Positions 49,401-53,744 of a stretch of DNA of 53,744 nucleotides are shown here, piece by piece. Location: IMG/VR virus record IMGVR_UViG_3300009507_000024, positions 1-53,744 of that record. One strand, given 5' to 3'. The notes beneath the pieces are model-generated. The model did not search any database. It was given only the letters and a program-made list of their open reading frames with translations, and was not told where the DNA came from. Position 1 is the stretch's first letter. The number at the start of each line of letters is the position of its first letter. The translations under genes and the position numbers were made by a program. Source of the DNA: a virus. Taxonomy: Duplodnaviria; Caudoviricetes.

Positions 49401-50348
49401 TACGTCTTCCGATTGTGACGATGTATCTGGCTTAATTATAACATTTCTTAAATCTTCGCCAACAATACTAGTGTTAGTAGGAATTGTAAGAGGCAACTCT
49501 TCTTGATAATCTCCTGGAGTAACATAAACTGTAACTGGGCCTGCATCACTTCCGTCTGCAAATTCTAATGCACGTTTAATTGTTCTAAATGGGCCTTGTG
49601 GATGGTCACCTCTATTACCGTCGTCGCCATTTACTGAAACATAGATACTATTTCCTGCGCGATGATCTAACTGTACGCCGTCGAGGGTTGCTGTCTGTGC
49701 ATTTACTAGATCGCCATTCATTAAGTATGTGTGTATTTCGCTTAGTCGTTTTTCGTTATTACCAAGATTATATGTACTAGTTATGTCAGGAATAATTCCA
49801 CTAGCTAAAGGAGCATCAAATATAATTTTATCAGGATTATTTGGTCCTTCTCCGAATATTAAATTGCCGCCTAGAGAAATATTTCCAGTATTACTTAAAT
49901 TACCGTAAATGTCTATACTTTTAAGAAACTCAACTGTACCTGTTCCGTTAGGTATTAAATCTAAGTTTGCATTACTATTATATGTTGTAATTTTTTCATT
50001 GTCAATTAAAATATCATCAGTACTTAATGCACTTAGTTGTATTATGTCAGATGCTTTTAAATATATTTCGCCGTTATTTGCAACTATTTCACTATTTCGA
50101 ATAGTATATATAGGAAGTTCAACAATTTCACTAATACTATTTACAGATTGTATTTTTGTTTTTACTGTTAAATCTCTACTAGGATTTTCAAGATCTACAC
50201 CTATTCGATTATTAACTGCATCAAAGTGCAGAAGCGATGTATCTCCTGATTCGCTTCTAATCGAAAGGAACTCTTTACCTGAATTATCTTGAAAAAGTTT
50301 TAGATTGTCTTGTAAGACCCCGCCGCCAATTCTACCAACTTGTGCCAT
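46449..50348 (-). CDS. Large fibre/baseplate protein, 1299 aa (paralog of 42582..46325)
   Basis: VGRI.G..L..NL start, G.HPQ.P, TGYAF.FAP, RSPYIQNVTV.TKG, DPRG...GDAGKGA..DG, NGVR.EWLN.FTYFANRG shared with the neighbouring gene. Confidence 0.8.
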   Translation of the reverse strand: MAQVGRIGGGVLQDNLKLFQDNSGKEFLSIRSESGDTSLLHFDAVNNRIGVDLENPSRDLTVKTKIQSVNSISEIVELPIYTIRNSEIVANNGEIYLKASDIIQLSALSTDDILIDNEKITTYNSNANLDLIPNGTGTVEFLKSIDIYGNLSNTGNISLGGNLIFGEGPNNPDKIIFDAPLASGIIPDITSTYNLGNNEKRLSEIHTYLMNGDLVNAQTATLDGVQLDHRAGNSIYVSVNGDDGNRGDHPQGPFRTIKRALEFADGSDAGPVTVYVTPGDYQEELPLTIPTNTSIVGEDLRNVIIKPDTSSQSEDVFLMNGETTIENITIADFYYDSINDTGYAFRFAPNAIISTRSPYIQNVTVITKGTTITDDDPRGYASGDAGKGALIDGAAVDPNSRNASLLFHAATFLTPGVDAITMTNGVRVEWLNSFTYFANRGLYAKQGSTGHLSTDGSTLNYGAEIRSIGSASVYGNIGAEADGANCVMYLINHNFAYIGTGNDTTNDATLVIEDNQWVEINGGRVYVQNTDQLGKFKVGNDFFVDLETGETSIATEGVALDGLSQIIIGTGEDQSILNDSFVQTGNIRFAGNSVFSLISDLNIDAVSTDTNFNSNVLMEKDVDITGNITIGGTLNTFGNNPNDTVDLNVDIEQDFYPEVDRVHSLGSSTKVWNDVYTDEANFDDIKIFDNVITTTVSSANLEFKSNQTGFVETEGLLWQNDTISTIDSDIVFKTDGNLYVNSAQGLIVSRGTNLERVETSGSLRFSTQDNLFEGWGDARISFGGVYSSDRRTSIIANKTDDSIDITIDNLKVGEINNEGFTLHGLQSDSVLINNNLITSSESNADLWIRRKGTGQVTLNSQEYFRDNTWTNSAEETALTIESTGRGYVKIDGTYGAILGTTGNVITENINSLSIGTDVSGSNLFLTDNASRIDQAIVSPTGDGEFTTTGTKVFGSTSTGVQNYFLDFDISDITNIYEVEITGIRFRGDFDTDAQFVDIIFPEPGATTYTSRIGEFEDSGSTSTYTNSLVFNAVPLSDRLYVHTGSTKTSFETQVIQSGGSYGINISIDVPTSITTAPAGMTNNWEIEISYRYITINNKFDQYNVTTNNYYYIFDQDSTNLSDKDRYIVTETQFEPDFSRARLRGKVILGSDTNGSGLYSGQDILLQYSDDGTNDTGMTTIATIVDANEFASYGIWTEFEINFEFVDSTLVDFNNLKFRIAQPNGGRLGENSFAIADLQFTIVRDTESPAPLGTFRFDPVTAQCEVWNGTIWIPATGIIEDPVTEEFMQELVGLYSLVLG

Positions 50349-50378
50349 TAACTATACTCCTAGTATAGTATTTATTGC

Positions 50379-50888
50379 TTATTTGTCGAAATTATGTATG
50401 ACTGTTATAAATTTATCAAACGGCACTGCTGTTCCAAATCTAATATACCAACCAGGTGCTTTTCCGTCTGGATTTTGCACAAGTGTGTAATTTGTATTAG
50501 GTAATTGGAAAACATTTTCTACAAATACTAAAATGTTTTGTTCTGCTGCCGGAATTGGAAAGTCTGTGTCTCCACTATTTAAAATTCCAAAGTCAGTTTC
50601 AATTGCGTCTCCAGGACCAAAAGTTTGTATTACAATACCAGGATCTTGATTAGGTTCTTTGAAGCGTATTTCTCTCCAAGCACCGTTTTGATATGCTTCT
50701 AATTGTTCGTCGTCAGTATTATATCTTACATATCCATTTACGGGATAGAAAGGACGTTCTGCTTCTGCACCTCTAGGCATTTGCACACCTGTGTTTGAGT
50801 ACATTATAATCTGATCATTTACATCGTATGATACGCCTCTGCCAGTTATACTTCTTGCATTTGTTGTTTGTCTTTTAATTAATCTCAT
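50379..50888 (-). CDS. Virion structural protein, 169 aa
   Basis: Start at MRLIKR (TAATG overlap with the upstream stop); PRG...ERP...G.VRYN....LEAY..G.W and ILVFVENVFQ.P...Y modules. Confidence 0.75.
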   Translation of the reverse strand: MRLIKRQTTNARSITGRGVSYDVNDQIIMYSNTGVQMPRGAEAERPFYPVNGYVRYNTDDEQLEAYQNGAWREIRFKEPNQDPGIVIQTFGPGDAIETDFGILNSGDTDFPIPAAEQNILVFVENVFQLPNTNYTLVQNPDGKAPGWYIRFGTAVPFDKFITVIHNFDK

Positions 50889-51265
50889 TACACTACCATC
50901 CAACTTGCTGTAGCACTTAGGTTAGTAGGAGATTCTCCTAACACATCAATCTTATCTCCTGATTCTAAAACAATTTTTTCTGAATCAAAAGTAAAAGTTT
51001 CTCCTGCAGGCAATTGTACAGCATTAATAATTTGATTTTTAGGGCCGCGAGCTTCGCCTCTTTTGATTATAAACAAATCAAATCCAGTAACACCGTCTTC
51101 TTCGTGACCAGGATTAGGTGTTGAGTTGTTGCAAACCATAATCGATGTTATTGCATATCTAACAGGCGGAACATCACTACTTGGATCCCATCCTACAATC
51201 GGATCTGGTACTTCTACTAAAGACGTAGAACCTAAAATATCTACTGCTTTGCTTGCTAATGCCAT
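50888..51265 (-). CDS. Small beta-rich virion protein (paralog family, copy 2)
   Basis: AITSIMVCN, FDL, L.AGETFTFDSEKIVL..GDKI, near-identical to the adjacent gene. Confidence 0.8.
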   Translation of the reverse strand: MALASKAVDILGSTSLVEVPDPIVGWDPSSDVPPVRYAITSIMVCNNSTPNPGHEEDGVTGFDLFIIKRGEARGPKNQIINAVQLPAGETFTFDSEKIVLESGDKIDVLGESPTNLSATASWMVV

Positions 51266-51636
51266 TATGTAATCTCCAAATAACTTACTAGTACAGACAA
51301 AGATGTATTTCCTAATAATGCACCCGGAGAAGCATCTTGCGGTGTTGCTATTGCGTATATCTTCTCACCTTCAGATAAAATAATTTTTTCTGAATCGAAA
51401 GTGAAAGTTTCGCCTGCTTGCAATTCTAAACCATTTATTACTCTATTAACGTCTGTAGCAGATGCGCCGTCTTGCAATAAATGTAAATCAAAGGAAGCTT
51501 TTCCTACTTGATCATCAGTTGGATCAACAGCAAAGGTATTGCAAATAATAATTGTCGTTATAGCCCAATTTTCACTAGAAGGTACAGTAACTAAATCTGT
51601 TCCGGTTGTTTCTATAAAGCTGCTTTTGATTGCCAT
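51265..51636 (-). CDS. Small beta-rich virion protein (paralog family, copy 1)
   Basis: AITTIIICN, FDL, L.AGETFTFDSEKIIL..GEKI; TAATG coupling to the next gene. Confidence 0.8.
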   Translation of the reverse strand: MAIKSSFIETTGTDLVTVPSSENWAITTIIICNTFAVDPTDDQVGKASFDLHLLQDGASATDVNRVINGLELQAGETFTFDSEKIILSEGEKIYAIATPQDASPGALLGNTSLSVLVSYLEIT

Positions 51637-51645
51637 TCTTTATCC

Positions 51646-52668
51646 TTAAAAAATCATACTATAAACAAGTGTTCTATTATTACTTATAATTTCATCTCTA
51701 ACAGTATCGTCATGAACGAAATATATTCCAGTGCCGCCTTGGCCTCTGTCAGCTATATAAAGTCTTGCTCCGTTAGTCGGAACAGTTGGCTGCAAACTTG
51801 GATCATCTAGTGTAGGCTGTTTGCTAATTTCTAATACATCTCTTACACTAACTGTACCAGTGCCTGGTGCGCTTAGAATAAGATCTTCGTTACTTGTAGT
51901 TGTTTCAATTCTTGTATCAAAAAATCTTAAATTATTTAATTCAATTTTGTCTGACTGAAATTCTGCAACTACAACATCATCAACTCCAATTTTAACTAAA
52001 CTAGGAAGTCCTGTTTCTTCTCTGTCCTGTGCTTCAACAAATGTCTTTGTTAATGTACCTTCTTCGATTCTATCTTGGAAAACACCTGCAAAGTAACTAT
52101 CAACATAATCAATAATAGATTTTGAATTAGGTATAGTGTCATCGTCTCGTGCTCCTAATGTAACATCGATACTATTAGCAACTGGATCGTCATAAAAGAA
52201 AACTTGTTGTTCATAATTGTATGCAGGATCAACTTTAACTGTATATAATCCACTATTATAAAGATGTATATTTTGACCTTTTGAATCGATATAGTTAGTA
52301 ACTAATCCAACACTAAACCTGCCACCGCCATTTTCTTCAGTAAGCTGAAACATTCCAGGAAGTTCGAACAATCTATCGGTCATGTTTTCATTATAAACAA
52401 ATTGAGAGTTACTAAATGAACCTCTATCAATTTCAATACCAGATGTGTTTAGTGTAATTCCAGCGCCTGATTCGCCGTCATTTAATACAAGAATATTATC
52501 ATCAACGGTAACTTCTGTAGAATTTACAGTAGTCGTAGTTCCTAGAACAGTTAAGTCGCCTGTAATAACAACTTCCCCTGTTTCTGTACCGGTATCTAAT
52601 GTAATTAATCCACCGTCTTGAACTTGTATTTTATAGTTACCGTATGGAATTCTTAAATATTTTGACAT
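51646..52668 (-). CDS. Fibre-like virion protein, 340 aa
   Basis: ITGDLTVLGTTTTVNST.V.V.DNI.VLN.GE.GAG....SGIEIDRG motif common in T4-like fibre proteins. Confidence 0.75.
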   Translation of the reverse strand: MSKYLRIPYGNYKIQVQDGGLITLDTGTETGEVVITGDLTVLGTTTTVNSTEVTVDDNILVLNDGESGAGITLNTSGIEIDRGSFSNSQFVYNENMTDRLFELPGMFQLTEENGGGRFSVGLVTNYIDSKGQNIHLYNSGLYTVKVDPAYNYEQQVFFYDDPVANSIDVTLGARDDDTIPNSKSIIDYVDSYFAGVFQDRIEEGTLTKTFVEAQDREETGLPSLVKIGVDDVVVAEFQSDKIELNNLRFFDTRIETTTSNEDLILSAPGTGTVSVRDVLEISKQPTLDDPSLQPTVPTNGARLYIADRGQGGTGIYFVHDDTVRDEIISNNRTLVYSMIF

Positions 52669-52684
52669 GCTTATATCCTAATAA

Positions 52685-52702
52685 TGGGGGTCTAAGCCCC
52701 CA
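52685..52702. other. GC hairpin between two late genes (weak terminator or processing stem)
   Basis: TGGGGG-TCTAAG-CCCCCA; only a weak U-tract on the minus strand. Confidence 0.5.
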
Positions 52703-52709
52703 CTAAACT

Positions 52710-53102
52710 TTAACTAATTGGTGTTAAAACAATGTAGTCATTAGACGAATCGTTTTCTAATGCCCATGTATATCTGTTGTCATTCCAATCAGTAGCAACA
52801 CGCTTTGTAATCTTTGCTAGATTAACACGCTCACCACCGTTTGTTGGATTCCATCCAAACAAACTCATTTCACCGTTTGATGCTGGTGTTCCTGAAACTA
52901 GTGTATATGGTAAAAATTTTGTGCTGTCTGCTAAATCACCAACTCTACAAGCTTGGAAAGTTCTTGCACCACGTTGTTTTAAAATAACACCGTCTGTTCT
53001 TAACGATCCGTCGTGTAGTTCGATACGCACACCTGTTGCAGCATCTACATATGTATTAATTGCATCTACACCTAATACATCTTTTCTTAATGGTCTTCCC
53101 AT
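52710..53102 (-). CDS. Hypothetical virion protein, 130 aa (MGRPLRK...)
   Basis: Start reassigned to ATG 53102, which has an AAGGAG SD; the longer ORF crosses a promoter and a structured leader. Confidence 0.75.
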   Translation of the reverse strand: MGRPLRKDVLGVDAINTYVDAATGVRIELHDGSLRTDGVILKQRGARTFQACRVGDLADSTKFLPYTLVSGTPASNGEMSLFGWNPTNGGERVNLAKITKRVATDWNDNRYTWALENDSSNDYIVLTPIS

Positions 53103-53109
53103 TTGTTTT

Positions 53110-53192
53110 CTCCTTTTTAGAAGTCCTATCCGGGTTCTAACCGGTACGCTGTGGGTACAGCATAAGTCTGCCTTGCAGCACACTATCTGACA
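53110..53192 (-). ncRNA. Candidate structured 5' leader RNA with H-type pseudoknot
   Basis: CUGC/GCAG hairpin; UAUGCUGU/ACAGCGUA hairpin; CCGG/CCGG stem whose loop UAGAA can pair with UUCUA just before the SD. Confidence 0.55.
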
Positions 53193-53220
53193 CATGTATT
53201 TATCAAATAATAAAAAAGTC

Positions 53221-53249
53221 AAAAAAATAGGCCCCGAAGGGCCTATTTT
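53221..53249 (-). terminator. Intrinsic terminator after the major capsid gene
   Basis: Minus strand AAAATAGGCCC-TTCG-GGGCCTATTTTTTT: cUUCGg tetraloop, as in T4 terminators. Confidence 0.9.
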
Positions 53250-53269
53250 AGTTTAGTCGTTAAACTATC

Positions 53270-53743
53270 TTATGAGAAGCTTACGTTGCCGCTTTCGATG
53301 CCAACGTTAGCTAAGTAATCAGCTGCGTTACCTAGTGACGAAGCAGTATTCGATAGCTCAACATATCCATAACGTGTCATGAACGAAACTGTTGGCTCGA
53401 ATGTGCCTGGATCTAGGACAACACCTGAACTCATTAGTGGGATATATGGGCAGTAGAACGCTGGTGCGTCTGACTCTGATGTACCTTTGTATCCAACTAG
53501 TACTGATGTTGCATCTCCTGCATATGTATCAACATATACTTTCATTGCATTGTTTAGAGTACCTACAAACTTAGTGTTTGTTGGTGCTTCAAATGTACCT
53601 TCTGTTGTACGTGCAAATGCTGAAGTTGTAGCACTTTGTAGAACTGTTAGGATTGCTGGAGATACAACCGCCCAGTTACCTGCGCCACGGCGTGTACGCT
53701 GTGCAATGCGGTTAGCTGCACGGTTAACTAGTACTGCAAGTGC
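53270..53743 (-). CDS. Major capsid protein (gp23-like), 3' portion; starts outside the window
   Basis: Frame open to the window edge: NRIAQRTRRGAGNW.VVSP, VGTL....KVYVD, VGYKG.SE.DA.AFYCPYIPL, DP.TFEP.VSFMTRYG. Confidence 0.95.
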   Translation of the reverse strand, partial: ALAVLVNRAANRIAQRTRRGAGNWAVVSPAILTVLQSATTSAFARTTEGTFEAPTNTKFVGTLNNAMKVYVDTYAGDATSVLVGYKGTSESDAPAFYCPYIPLMSSGVVLDPGTFEPTVSFMTRYGYVELSNTASSLGNAADYLANVGIESGNVSFS

Positions 53744-53744
53744 A

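Larger units (their letters stand above)
664..53203. promoter_or_regulatory. Recurrent T4-like late promoter motif ATAAATA (12 gene-proximal copies)
   Basis: Minus strand at 664, 1190, 3492, 4237, 7667, 9401, 13927, 17252, 36284, 46430, 50369 and 53197 (7 nt each). Plus strand at 9416 and GTAAATA at 7731. All lie upstream of gene starts and resemble the T4 gp55 TATAAATA box. Confidence 0.8.

Noticed and set aside
53103-53222. 40-aa N-terminal extension of the 52710..53222 ORF
   Set aside because: It begins inside the capsid terminator and crosses a late promoter and structured leader; the strong SD is at ATG 53102.
119-53574. Numerous 60-160 aa opposite-strand or alternate-frame ORFs in the track (e.g. 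31143..31622, 38303..38710, 52777..53190, 9422..9628, 26624..26833)
   Set aside because: Shadows of long genes with biased codon use; mostly TTG/GTG starts, no SD, no motifs.
1-53744. Stop-codon recoding or selenocysteine
   Set aside because: Genes tile the window fully under the standard code; TAA, TAG and TGA all end genes; the Cys-rich gene has no in-frame TGA.
1-53744. CRISPR array, tRNA/rRNA, IS elements, introns, DGR template-variable repeat pair
   Set aside because: No spaced direct repeats, cloverleafs, transposase, reverse transcriptase or interrupted genes seen by eye. The TnsA-like ORF is gp4.

Overview
Virion-morphogenesis (late) region of a large, AT-rich T4-like myovirus. It is probably an uncultured aquatic phage; the host cannot be determined from this window. 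Most genes are on the minus strand: the 3' end of the major capsid gene (gp23-like), a ~27 kb run of very large paralogous fibre/baseplate proteins interleaved with small paralogous partner proteins, a Cys-rich fibre-like protein, neck and tail genes (gp13, gp14, gp15, sheath gp18, tube gp19 and a tube paralog), gp4 head-completion nuclease and a probable small terminase. Embedded among them is a sugar-modification cluster. A host-sigma70, leaderless operon for ADP-heptose synthesis (hldD, hldE, cupin, SGNH protein) converges on a late operon with a GT9 heptosyltransferase-like gene and two carbamoyltransferases. Beside it sits a subtilisin protease flanked by two blue-copper-motif proteins. 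The best candidates for undescribed biology are: (1) a temporally split system that may heptosylate and carbamoylate a virion protein; (2) four phycobiliprotein-like KCxRD repeats inside a 2433-aa fibre protein; (3) two GC-rich structured RNA leaders, one with a pseudoknot next to the Shine-Dalgarno; (4) a probable ATT start codon for gp14. All functional calls come from motif recognition by eye; no database searches were run.
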